The notes under the pieces were generated by a model. That model made no database searches and was not told where the DNA came from. It was given only the letters and a program-made list of their open reading frames with translations. From the NCBI GenBank assembly GCA_965248695.1, contig CBDFKD010000002.1, positions 5,056,001 through 5,120,000 of the forward strand: a stretch of 64,000 nt of DNA. The letters run 5' to 3'. The DNA is from Acidobacteriota bacterium. GTDB lineage: Bacteria; Acidobacteriota; UBA890; WLXD01. Of the stretch, positions 38,743 through 47,469 are shown piece by piece. Numbering within the stretch: the stretch's first letter is position 1; each line of letters starts with the position of its first letter. The translations under genes and the position numbers were made by a program.

Positions 38743-39307
38743 CTAGTGGCCTATAACAGATGATCATTGCCTATCGCAGATGGGATTTGCGCGTGAGATC
38801 AAGGCGCGGCGACGCAGTCGATGCTAGCAGGCCGAGGTGAAAGTGTGGTGGGTCTGGTTACGGCGAGTTGGGGCCAGATGCAAGGCGGCCTGACGCACAC
38901 GATGCCCTAGCCATCGTCGAGGAAGGCCAACGCCGCAGATGGCCCCAAATCGCTGTAACCCTTCGGGCGACTGGGGGTTGCGCGCGCAGGCTGCGTCGTT
39001 TGTCGTCAACGATGGGGTAACCATCGCCTCCTCCTCTCTCCTGGCCTGCGCCTCGCAAGACCCTGTCGCCAGACCCACCACACTTTCACCACGGCCTGCT
39101 CGGACATCATCGAGGAGCCGCAACGCCGATATCGCCCGCCATTGCCCATCTGTCCAGAGGCCAATCAGAACAACAGTGGCGAAATGGGGCCGTCTGCTCC
39201 GTTGCTCCTCTCTTGAACTTGGGCGAACATTGTCTCGTCGGATCGCCTGGCTTCCGGGCCCATTTCGTCACCACGATAGGCAACGATCATCTGTTACAGG
39301 CCACTAG
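38743..39307. mobile_element. non-autonomous MITE-like element with IS630-like termini, inserted at the pheS-pheT junction
   Basis: 34-bp inverted repeats at 38743-38776 and 39274-39307 (32/34 identical; CTAGTGGCCTRTAACAGATGATCRTTGCCTATCG). CTAG is present at both ends. No transposase is encoded. Confidence 0.88.
38828..39098. mobile_element. second MITE-like element nested inside the first
   Basis: Inverted repeats at 38826-38857 and 39069-39100 (31/32; AGCAGGCCGWGGTGAAAGTGTGGTGGGTCTGG). Flanked by CTAG (38824-38827) and CTCG (39099-39102). Confidence 0.85.
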
Positions 39308-40377
39308 GAAGCGAACTGGCGCAGGAAGCGCAGATCGTTCTCGTAGTAGTAGCGGATGTCCTCGACGCCGTACCGTACGGCTGCTATGCGGTCGATACCG
39401 AAGCCGAACGCGAAGCCCTGGTATCGCCCGGGCTCATACCCGACGTTTTCGAACAGGACGGGGTGGACCATTCCGGAGCCGAGCAACTCCACCCAGCCGG
39501 AGCCCTTGCAGACCCGACAGCCCGCGCCGCTACACGCCGGACAGGTGGCATCGAGCTCGGCGGAGGGTTCCGTGAAGGGGAAGTACCCCGGCCGGAACCG
39601 GGTCGCTGTCCGCGGACCGAAGAGCGCCTTGGCGAAGGTGTCGAGCGTGCCCTTCAAGTCGGCCAGCGTGATATCGGTGTCGACAACCAGACCTTCGAGC
39701 TGAACGAACATCGGTGTGTGCGTAGCGTCTGGCGTGTCGCGGCGGAAGACCCGTCCCGGAACGATAATGGCGAACGGGGGCTCGTGGGTTTCCATGTACC
39801 GGATCTGGACCGGCGACGTATGGGTGCGCAGCAGCAAGTCGCCGTCCAGGTGAAGCGTGTCCTGTGCGTCTCGCGCCGGATGGTCGGGCGGGAAGTTCAG
39901 CGCTCCGAAGTTGTACCAGTCCGTCTCGATCTCGGGCCCGTCGACCACGTCGTAGCCCATGGCCACGAAGATGCTCTCGATCTCCGCCAACGTGCGTGTG
40001 ATCGGGTGTAGTCCACCGAGCCCGTCGGGTACCGGTGGCTGGGTGACGTCGATCGCTTCGCTACGGGCGCGCTCGGCCGACGCGGCCCGCCGAAGCCGCT
40101 GCTCGAGCTCCTCCAGGGAAGCACCGATTGCCTGCCGCGCACGATTGGCCGCGGCACCAACCTGCCGCTTGGTGTCGGCATCGAGATCCCGCATGCCCTG
40201 AAAGACGGCCGTGAGGCGGCCGCGCTTGCGGCCCAGATAGCGCGCCTGAATCTCTTCTAGCGCGTCGAGCTCCTGTACCTCGGCGCACTCGCGACGGAAC
40301 TCGTCGACGATCGTCTCAACGAGTGCCAGCGGGTCGATGGCGTCGCCCTCGTCGTCGTCCAGCGGGGCGGCCGCCAT
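39304..40377 (-). CDS. pheS: phenylalanine--tRNA ligase alpha subunit
   Basis: HP....L, NF.ALN.P.DHPARD.QDT, LRTHTSPVQ, YFPFTEPSAE, GFAFGFG.DR, ENDLRFL.QF. Confidence 0.99.
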   Translation of the reverse strand: MAAAPLDDDEGDAIDPLALVETIVDEFRRECAEVQELDALEEIQARYLGRKRGRLTAVFQGMRDLDADTKRQVGAAANRARQAIGASLEELEQRLRRAASAERARSEAIDVTQPPVPDGLGGLHPITRTLAEIESIFVAMGYDVVDGPEIETDWYNFGALNFPPDHPARDAQDTLHLDGDLLLRTHTSPVQIRYMETHEPPFAIIVPGRVFRRDTPDATHTPMFVQLEGLVVDTDITLADLKGTLDTFAKALFGPRTATRFRPGYFPFTEPSAELDATCPACSGAGCRVCKGSGWVELLGSGMVHPVLFENVGYEPGRYQGFAFGFGIDRIAAVRYGVEDIRYYYENDLRFLRQFAS

Positions 40378-40384
40378 ATCGGGC

Positions 40385-40738
40385 TCAGCTGAGAGCGTTC
40401 TTTGCGGTGGCGGCGAGAGCCTCGAAGGCGCGCGGATCCTCGACAGCCAGCTGGGCCAGCACCTTACGATCCAGGCCGACGCCGGCGATCGTCAGGCCGT
40501 TGATGAACTGGCTGTACGACATACCGTGCTCTCTGCTCGCGGCGTTGATGCGCGTGATCCACAGGCGGCGGTAGTCGCGCTTCTTGCGCTTGCGACCGTG
40601 GAAAGCGAACTGCAGGGCCCGGTCGACGGCCTCACGCGCCTCACTGTAGAGGCGACTTTTGGCGCCGAAATAGCCCTTGGCCTGCTTGAGAACGCGGCGG
40701 CGCCGCTTCGTATGCACATTGCCGCGCTTGACGCGCAT
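40385..40738 (-). CDS. rplT: 50S ribosomal protein L20
   Basis: RVKRG, AKGYFG, RK.KKR.YRRLWITRINAA, LDRKVLA.LA. Confidence 0.99.
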   Translation of the reverse strand: MRVKRGNVHTKRRRRVLKQAKGYFGAKSRLYSEAREAVDRALQFAFHGRKRKKRDYRRLWITRINAASREHGMSYSQFINGLTIAGVGLDRKVLAQLAVEDPRAFEALAATAKNALS

Positions 40739-40762
40739 GATGATTCCTCCGTCGCCGGCCGG

Positions 40763-40957
40763 CTAGCCGTTGAGCAGCCGATCGACGCGCTTGTAGTCGG
40801 CGCTGGTCAGCGTAGTCGGTTTGCCGAGCCGCCGCTTTCGCTTGCGTGCCTTCTTGGTCAGAATATGGGCCTTGTAGGCCTTGCGGCGCATCAGCTTCCC
40901 GGTGCCTGTGCGCTTGAAACGCTTGGCTGCGCCGCGATGTGTCTTCAACTTGGGCAT
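40763..40957 (-). CDS. rpmI: 50S ribosomal protein L35
   Basis: [23 protein letters not shown]...KRRL. Confidence 0.99.
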   Translation of the reverse strand: MPKLKTHRGAAKRFKRTGTGKLMRRKAYKAHILTKKARKRKRRLGKPTTLTSADYKRVDRLLNG

Positions 40958-41010
40958 GTCGTTCCTCGTTCGCCTCGGATACGCGTCACGTCCCGCTGCA
41001 CGGACCGATC

Positions 41011-41520
41011 TCAGTCGCGCTTGGGCGTCAGGATCATGATCATCTGACGTCCCATCATGCTGGGCATGCTTTCGACCCTGTAGCTACCTTCATCGAGGTC
41101 ATCTTGGACGCGTTCCAGAATCCGACGTCCGAGCTCGGGATGAACCACCTCGCGGCCGCGGAACATGATCGTTGCCTTGATCATGTGGCCTTCGCCGAGA
41201 AACCGCTTGATGTGGTTAAGCTTGAAAGCGTAGTCGTGCTCGTCGATCTTGGGACGAAATTTTACTTCCTTGAGCTGTGGTTGATGTGCCTTTTGCTTGC
41301 GATCCTTCGCCAGCCGGTAGACGTACTTGCCGTAGTCCATCAACCGGCACACGGGCGGTTGCGCCATCGGCGCCACCTCGACCAGATCCAGACCCGCCTC
41401 GCGAGCGAGATCCATAGCCTCCTCGGTGGGGACGATGCCGGCCTGTTCACCTTCTCCGTCGATGAGACGAACCTGCGGGACGCGAATGCTCTCGTTTATA
41501 CGATGGCGCTTGTCGCTAAT
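41011..41520 (-). CDS. infC: translation initiation factor IF-3 (ATT start)
   Basis: The frame extends upstream of the listed ORF to ATT-AGC-GAC ([19 protein letters not shown]) with a GAGGA SD. LDLVEV.P...[23 protein letters not shown]. Confidence 0.95.
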   Translation of the reverse strand: MSDKRHRINESIRVPQVRLIDGEGEQAGIVPTEEAMDLAREAGLDLVEVAPMAQPPVCRLMDYGKYVYRLAKDRKQKAHQPQLKEVKFRPKIDEHDYAFKLNHIKRFLGEGHMIKATIMFRGREVVHPELGRRILERVQDDLDEGSYRVESMPSMMGRQMIMILTPKRD

Positions 41521-41588
41521 TGCTTGGGTTCCTCGTATGGAAGTCGCGATTCACCGACCAGCGTGGCCGATGCTCCGTAAAGAATGCC

Positions 41589-43544
41589 TCAGTCAGCCTC
41601 TACAGGCCACTCCCGCAGACAACGGGCTTCGACGTCGGCAACCGTACGTTCGATGAATTCGGTCGACGTCATGGCGCCGAGGTTGCCGGCGACGCGGTGT
41701 CGAACGGCGACCTGCCCGCCCTCGGCCTCACGGTCGCCGACGACCAACATGAACGGGATTTTCTGCAACTGCGCGTCGCGTATCTTGGCGCCCATCTTCT
41801 CGGAGCGTCCATCGACGTCGATGCGCAACCCGCCGGCGCGCGCTTCTTCCGCGATCTGTTCCGCGTAGTCGATGTGCCGGTCGGCAATCGGGATCACCGT
41901 TGCCTGTACCGGGGCCAGCCATAGAGGAAAGGCGCCGGCGTAGTGCTCTACCAACATGCCGAAGAAGCGCTCGAACGACCCGAGCAACGCGCGGTGGATC
42001 ATGATCACCCGATGCTCGCGTGAGTCGTTGCCGATGTAGCCGATGTCGAATCGTTCCGGGAGCGTGAAGTCGAACTGCACCGTTGAGCACTGCCATTTGC
42101 GGCCGATCGCGTCGGTTACCTGGACGTCGATCTTGGGTCCGTAGAAAACGGCCTCGCCCTCCATGCGCTCGTAGTCGAACCCCTCGGCCTCGAGGGCCCG
42201 GGCGAGGGCGGCCTCGGCGCGCTCCCAGTCGGTGTCGGAGCCGGCGTACTTCTCGGTGTTCTCAGGGTCTCGAACCGAAAGCTCGACGGCGTACTCATCG
42301 AAGCCGAAAGTGGCGAGAAGGTCGCGCATGAACTGCAACGCGCCGAGAATCTCGTCGTCGATTTGGTCGGGAGTACAGAACAGGTGGGCGTCGTCCTGAG
42401 TGAAGCCGCGAACCCGCAGCATCCCGTGCAGCACTCCGGAGCGCTCGTAACGATAGACCGTACCGAACTCGGCCATGCGAATCGGCAGCTCGCGGTAGGA
42501 GCGCCCGCGGTTCTGGTACACGAGGATATGGCCAGGGCAGTTCATCGGCTTGAGGACGTACTCTTGCTCATCGATCTCGAGCGAGTACATGTTCTCCCGG
42601 TAATAGTCCCAGTGGCCGGATTTTTCCCAGAGCTTCTTGTGCGCGATGTGCGGCGTATAGACCAGGTCGTAGCCACGGCGCAGGTGCTCGGCACGCAGGT
42701 AATCCTCGATGAGGCTGCGAATCAGCGCCCCCTTCGGATGCCAGAAGACCACCCCTGGTCCTGCGGATTCGTCGATGTGATACAGGTCGAGGTCGGTGCC
42801 CAGTCGGCGATGGTCACGCCGGCGAATCTCCTCGAGCTGCTCGAGACGTTCCTGGAGCGCCTCATCCGAGAAGAACGCAGTGGCGTAGATGCGCTGCATC
42901 ATCGGCGCGTCATCACGACCGCGCCAATGGGCGGCGGCGGAGTGCAACACTTTCACGGACGGAATGCGCGCCGTCGACGGTAAGTGCGGGCCGGTGCAGA
43001 AGTCGACGAACTCACCTTGCTGGTAGCACGAGACCGAGTCGCCGCCCTTGTCGCGGATGAGCTCACACTTCAGCGGCTCGCCCTTGCCCTCGAATAGCTC
43101 CAACGCCTCCTGCTTCGGCATCTCGAGGCGTTGCATCGGCTGATCGTCGGCAATCAGCTGTTGCATGCGGGCCTCGATCTTCTCGAGGTCTTCCGGGGTG
43201 AACGGCTGCTCGCGCAAGAAGTCGTAGTAGAAGCCATCCGCGGTGGGCGGCCCGATGCCGACCTGTGTGTCTTCGAACAACTGCTGCACGGCCTGCGCCA
43301 TGACGTGAGATGCCGTGTGCCGCGTCATCTCGAGCGCCGCTGCAGGCGTGGCGTCGACGGTGATGAGCTCGAGATCACCGGAGTCGTCGAGCGCCATCTG
43401 GAAGTCCAGCGCCCGCTCGCCGAGGCGCACGCCGATACCGGCTTTGAGCCAGTCAGGCGCGACCTCTTCGAGAAGCTCGCCAACGCGAGCACCGTGATCG
43501 ACGTCATGCGTCTCGCCGCCGATCCCGATCTGTAACCGACTCAT
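41589..43544 (-). CDS. thrS: threonine--tRNA ligase
   Basis: RHTASHVMAQA, GFYYDF, DFC.GPH, RDHRRLG, KPMNCPGH, RVRGFTQDDAH, FYGPKID, HRA.LGS.ERF. Confidence 0.99.
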   Translation of the reverse strand: MSRLQIGIGGETHDVDHGARVGELLEEVAPDWLKAGIGVRLGERALDFQMALDDSGDLELITVDATPAAALEMTRHTASHVMAQAVQQLFEDTQVGIGPPTADGFYYDFLREQPFTPEDLEKIEARMQQLIADDQPMQRLEMPKQEALELFEGKGEPLKCELIRDKGGDSVSCYQQGEFVDFCTGPHLPSTARIPSVKVLHSAAAHWRGRDDAPMMQRIYATAFFSDEALQERLEQLEEIRRRDHRRLGTDLDLYHIDESAGPGVVFWHPKGALIRSLIEDYLRAEHLRRGYDLVYTPHIAHKKLWEKSGHWDYYRENMYSLEIDEQEYVLKPMNCPGHILVYQNRGRSYRELPIRMAEFGTVYRYERSGVLHGMLRVRGFTQDDAHLFCTPDQIDDEILGALQFMRDLLATFGFDEYAVELSVRDPENTEKYAGSDTDWERAEAALARALEAEGFDYERMEGEAVFYGPKIDVQVTDAIGRKWQCSTVQFDFTLPERFDIGYIGNDSREHRVIMIHRALLGSFERFFGMLVEHYAGAFPLWLAPVQATVIPIADRHIDYAEQIAEEARAGGLRIDVDGRSEKMGAKIRDAQLQKIPFMLVVGDREAEGGQVAVRHRVAGNLGAMTSTEFIERTVADVEARCLREWPVEAD

Positions 43545-43597
43545 CGATGTGCTCGCACGTGTCCTGTGACCACGAAAATGGAATGCAATAAAGGGAG

Positions 43598-43670
43598 TAG
43601 GCGCGGCCGGGCTCGAACCGACGACCTCTTCCGCGTCAGGGAAGCGCTCTCCCAACTGAGCTACGCGCCT
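43598..43670 (-). tRNA. tRNA-Val(GAC), CCA not encoded
   Basis: AGGCGCG/CGCGCCT acceptor stem, TAGCTCAGTTGGGAGAGC D-arm, CTTCC-CTGACGC-GGAAG anticodon arm, GGTTCGAGCC T-loop. Discriminator A is followed by CTC. Confidence 0.97.
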
Positions 43671-43733
43671 GCGCTAAGACAACGCGGCTCTCGGCTTGCT
43701 ACCTCCGTGCACGAGAGCCGCGGCAAGGCCGCA

Positions 43734-43742
43734 ACTATAGCA
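43734..43742 (-). promoter_or_regulatory. extended -10 for the tRNA-Val-thrS-infC operon
   Basis: TGCTATAGT on the minus strand, followed by an 11-bp hairpin (43683-43722) and the tRNA. Confidence 0.55.
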
Positions 43743-43759
43743 GCGGTGCGCGAAAACGG

Positions 43760-44452
43760 TCAACGCGACAGTCCGATGCCCAGATCGTGTTTCGGACCGG
43801 TAAGAAACGCGACGACCACCGCCATCAGAACGTCGCCCGGCAGGTGCGTCACGTAGCCGTAGAACAGCAGATCACCGGTTGCCAATGCGGCGCCGTCCGA
43901 GAACCGTTGACTTACCGCCGTCCATGCCAGCCCTATGCAGTAGTAGGGCGCCAGACAGGCGCTGAGGGCGAGGACGCGTGCCGGCTTGGCGACCAGCCGT
44001 AGGGCGTAGAAGAACGCGATCACGATTGCCAGGACCAGCACGGCGTTGAAATAGGGCTTCAGCTGCTGCCCGATCCAAGGTTCTTGCCAGGCGTTGGCGG
44101 TAGCCGCGGCCACCAGCCCCATGACGACCAGGATCGCGTTGACTATCCGGCGACCGGATCGGCCTGCGTTGTCTGCGGCCAGGCGGCCCGCCGCCACGGC
44201 GGCGGCGATCCGACCGGCCATGTAGCCCCAGTGGGCGAAACCTCCGACCAGCCCGACCAGGCTCAGCGCGACCAGCAGCGCACACGCTATTGCCTGCGAG
44301 CGCAACGCCCCCGAGGCGCCGAGCATGCATCCAGCCAGGAGCGCTGCCCCGGTGGAGAACGTGTATGCCCCCACGGTGAGCTCGTAGCCCAATGGGTAGA
44401 CGGCGACGGTGAGGAGCACCCAGGCCCAGACAGGCCAGTCGCGTGGGCTCAC
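43760..44452 (-). CDS. BioY-like ECF S-component membrane protein (divergent)
   Basis: LAG.MLG..G..SQ, GG...WGYMAG..AAA...G.LA, Y.IGLAW, HLPGD. About 7-8 hydrophobic segments. Confidence 0.55.
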   Translation of the reverse strand: MSPRDWPVWAWVLLTVAVYPLGYELTVGAYTFSTGAALLAGCMLGASGALRSQAIACALLVALSLVGLVGGFAHWGYMAGRIAAAVAAGRLAADNAGRSGRRIVNAILVVMGLVAAATANAWQEPWIGQQLKPYFNAVLVLAIVIAFFYALRLVAKPARVLALSACLAPYYCIGLAWTAVSQRFSDGAALATGDLLFYGYVTHLPGDVLMAVVVAFLTGPKHDLGIGLSR

Positions 44453-44456
44453 CGGC

Positions 44457-45308
44457 TCAGCGGCCGGCAGAAATGCTTCGTGCTTGCGGAGCGTGGTCGT
44501 CGACCACGGTCAGCCGACGACGCTCCTCGTGATGCTTGGGCAAGCCGAAATAACCGACCCGTGAGGCGGCACGCCGGATGATCTCCCGCGTCAGTGATCG
44601 GAAGTCCGCAGCCGCCCGCGTAGCGGGGGCGTACCGGGTGATCGGATCCTGCGCGTCGGTCGATTCTGCAACTTGGACGCAGTCGTTTACTATCGTGTCG
44701 AACACCAGATCGCCGTACGTCGAGCGCAGGGTATCGAGGACCTGTCGAGCCAGGCGGGTGCGGACGTCGAAAGCATTGGCGAACACCCCGATCAAGTCGA
44801 GGCTGGGGTTGGCGCCGCGGTCGCGCAGGTCGCGCACCAGATCGAGAACGCGCTGTATGCCCTGATAGGCCATTGCGCCGGACTGTACGGGGCAAAGGAT
44901 ATGCTGTGACGCGACGTAGGCGTTGAGCAGCACCACTCCGTTGCCCGGCGGGCAGTCGATGATGGCGTAGTCGCACGTTTCTGGTAGTCGCGCTAGCAGC
45001 ACGCGCTCGCCGGCCAGGTTACGCCGGTTGATCTCGTCCAGCGACGGGGACGACGCCACGCCCCAAATCCCCGGAATCCGGGTACGGACGGCAGCCGTTC
45101 CGATCGTTGCCTGACCCCGCAGCACGTCTGCCAGCGTGTGGCGCGCACCGAGGGATCGCAGATCGAGGCATTCCGTCAGGCTTCCCTGCGAGTCGCCATC
45201 GATGAGCAGCACCGTGTGGCCGAGCTCGGCCAGCACGGCAGCCAGATTGAACGTCGTCGTCGTCTTGCCGACGCCGCCTTTGATGTTGCTAACAGCGATA
45301 GTGCGCAT
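44457..45308 (-). CDS. ParA/Soj-family ATPase (orphan)
   Basis: NIKGGVGKTTT, LIDGDSQGSLT, IIDCPPG, FD.RT, ESP-like ES...PI..YAP. Confidence 0.93.
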   Translation of the reverse strand: MRTIAVSNIKGGVGKTTTTFNLAAVLAELGHTVLLIDGDSQGSLTECLDLRSLGARHTLADVLRGQATIGTAAVRTRIPGIWGVASSPSLDEINRRNLAGERVLLARLPETCDYAIIDCPPGNGVVLLNAYVASQHILCPVQSGAMAYQGIQRVLDLVRDLRDRGANPSLDLIGVFANAFDVRTRLARQVLDTLRSTYGDLVFDTIVNDCVQVAESTDAQDPITRYAPATRAAADFRSLTREIIRRAASRVGYFGLPKHHEERRRLTVVDDHAPQARSISAGR

Positions 45309-45546
45309 CGATTCCCGGGGTGAACAATGCTCGCCGAGGGAGCGTAGATGGGGCGAACACCGGGGTCAAGAGGGTTCTATTCGCTCGGCGCGATTGGATG
45401 GTCGGCGGCGGACTGCGTCGACGTACGGTCGCGGCTCCCTCGCTGACGAGAATCAGGTGCCCGGCCTATACTTTGCTCTTGCCGGAGCCCCGGGTCGCCG
45501 GAGATCGAGCCCGGCGTCAAGCGCGCGAGCCGCAGGAGCCGAGACA

Positions 45547-47469
45547 ATGTCCACACGAGTCCGGGCAACGGTCGTCCTCACCCTCGTCGTCGCCGCTCTC
45601 ACCCCGTCCGCGGCTGCTCAGGAGGGCAACTGGCCCGGCTGGCGAGGCGACGGAACCGGTGTCTCGCGCGAAATCGACCTTCCAATCGAATGGGATGCAG
45701 AACAGGGGATCGCGTGGAAGAAGCCGCTATCCGGAGCCGGGCACTCCTCGCCGGTTGTCTGGGACGGTCGGCTGCTGGTCACAACGGCCTACGAGCGTAC
45801 CGACTCCCTTTTCACCAAATCTCTGCTGGTCTGGGTGAGTGCGCTGATTGGGCTGGTGGTGCTCCTCGCAATGCTGATGTGCGGGTGGCGAGAAATCAGG
45901 TCCCAGGATCCGGAGGCACGGCCGGGACCGTCTTGGATGGGGTACGTGGTCCGGCTCGAGACAGCGGCGGTGTTGATGGTGGGGCTGTACTTCTTGTGGC
46001 AATTGGCCAACCTGCTACTGAGGACGAGCCTCGAGTTCAACGTCGAGAGCCCGCATCTCACTTGGATCCTCAGTGCCGAGGTTCTCGTGTGGGGGCTCAT
46101 CGCCGCTGTGGGCTTGTTGCGGGCGGGCAGCTGGTCCCGTCTCCTGGCAACGGGGCTCCTGGCCGCCGCCACGCTGGCGTTCCATTCCAATCAGCCGCGT
46201 GGCCTCGCCAATCTGGCGGTGCCGACCGAGTGGCAGATGAACGTACTGCGCCCGGCAGTGATCGCGGTGGGCTGGTTCCTGCTTTTCTGGATTTTCGTGC
46301 GTCTGGTTGGCCACGTGCGCCGCGCCGCCGCGCCGCTGGTTGTCGCCACCGCTGGCGGACTCGCCGGTCTCGCGATGCTCAGCTTCGTGTTCTTCAACTT
46401 CGTCGAAGCCAGGGTCGGGCTCTGGCGCGCGGTGACAGCGCTCGATGCGGTCACCGGCGAGGAGATCTGGAGGCAGGGGGTGCCGGCGCCTTCGGGGCGA
46501 AAGTACCCGACGAACTCCTATGCATCGCCGACACCGGCAACGGACGGCCGATACGTGGTCGTCAACTACGGCCCGGTGTTGGTAACGATGGACTTCGACG
46601 GCAACATCCTCTGGGAGCGTAGGGAGCCGTTGTATATGCAATATCTACGGCACGGCGCGTCCATATCTCCGGTGATCCACGGCGACAGTGTTCTGTTCGC
46701 GTATCTGCCGGAGACGCGCGAAGCCGGCATGGAGGAGGCCACCACCGATACCTCGTTCGAGTCCCTCTCATACGTCGTCGCCCTGGACCTGGCCACGGGG
46801 GCAGAACGCTGGCGCGTCGACGGCATGGCCGGCGGCCGCGACGCCTTCGGCACTCCCTTGCTGGTGCCGACGTCGGAGGGTACATCGGTATTGCTGAGCG
46901 TCAACGACCACATGCACGCCTACGATGCCGATTCCGGAGAACACCTCTGGTCGGTCGAGACGCCCCTGCACGTGCCCGTGCCGAGCGTGGTGGCGAACGC
47001 CGACACGGCGTTCATGTCGGGTGGTTTGTACGGCCCCGCAGTGATTGCCGCCGTGGCGTTGACTGAGGACGCTGAAGGCGATCCGGATCGCGCCGCTACC
47101 CCCAAACGCCGGAAGTTTCGCTGGAAGGTTACGCGGGGCACCCCCGACGTATCATCGCCGATCATCTACGACGGCCTTATCTACTGGGTCACGCAGAATG
47201 GCCGCATGTTCTGCGCCGACCCGGCAACCGGCGAGATCATCTGGCGGCAGCGGCTCGGTAGCCAGTACTCGGCGTCGCCGGTGGCAGGAGACGGCAAGCT
47301 CTATATCGCCGGCGCCGACGGATCCGTCGCCGTCCTCGAGGCCGGCCGCGAGTACCGGGAGATCGCCAGGAACCAGCTCGACGAGGTGATCTACGCATCG
47401 CCAGCGATCGCCAGCGGGCGCATCTATATCCGTGGCCACGAGCACCTGTTTGCCGTCGATGGCAACTGA
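45547..47469 (+). CDS. PQQ-like beta-propeller protein with an inserted 6-TM domain
   Basis: Signal peptide AAA/Q, NWPGWRG, GHSSPVVW, NSYASPTPATDG, SSPII.DG, YSASPV.GDGKLY, ASPAI..GRIYIR. Hydrophobic insert at about 45800-46410. Confidence 0.85.
   Translation: MSTRVRATVVLTLVVAALTPSAAAQEGNWPGWRGDGTGVSREIDLPIEWDAEQGIAWKKPLSGAGHSSPVVWDGRLLVTTAYERTDSLFTKSLLVWVSALIGLVVLLAMLMCGWREIRSQDPEARPGPSWMGYVVRLETAAVLMVGLYFLWQLANLLLRTSLEFNVESPHLTWILSAEVLVWGLIAAVGLLRAGSWSRLLATGLLAAATLAFHSNQPRGLANLAVPTEWQMNVLRPAVIAVGWFLLFWIFVRLVGHVRRAAAPLVVATAGGLAGLAMLSFVFFNFVEARVGLWRAVTALDAVTGEEIWRQGVPAPSGRKYPTNSYASPTPATDGRYVVVNYGPVLVTMDFDGNILWERREPLYMQYLRHGASISPVIHGDSVLFAYLPETREAGMEEATTDTSFESLSYVVALDLATGAERWRVDGMAGGRDAFGTPLLVPTSEGTSVLLSVNDHMHAYDADSGEHLWSVETPLHVPVPSVVANADTAFMSGGLYGPAVIAAVALTEDAEGDPDRAATPKRRKFRWKVTRGTPDVSSPIIYDGLIYWVTQNGRMFCADPATGEIIWRQRLGSQYSASPVAGDGKLYIAGADGSVAVLEAGREYREIARNQLDEVIYASPAIASGRIYIRGHEHLFAVDGN

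Noticed and set aside
38939-39307. 122-aa ORF ending SVTGH*, like an IS630 transposase tail
   Set aside because: Only the last residues, encoded by the TIR, resemble IS630. There are no DDE or HTH motifs, and the ORF runs through hairpin repeats.
41518-41520. Non-canonical ATT start of infC
   Set aside because: Real but well known (IF3 autoregulation). Recorded as a feature, not a novelty.
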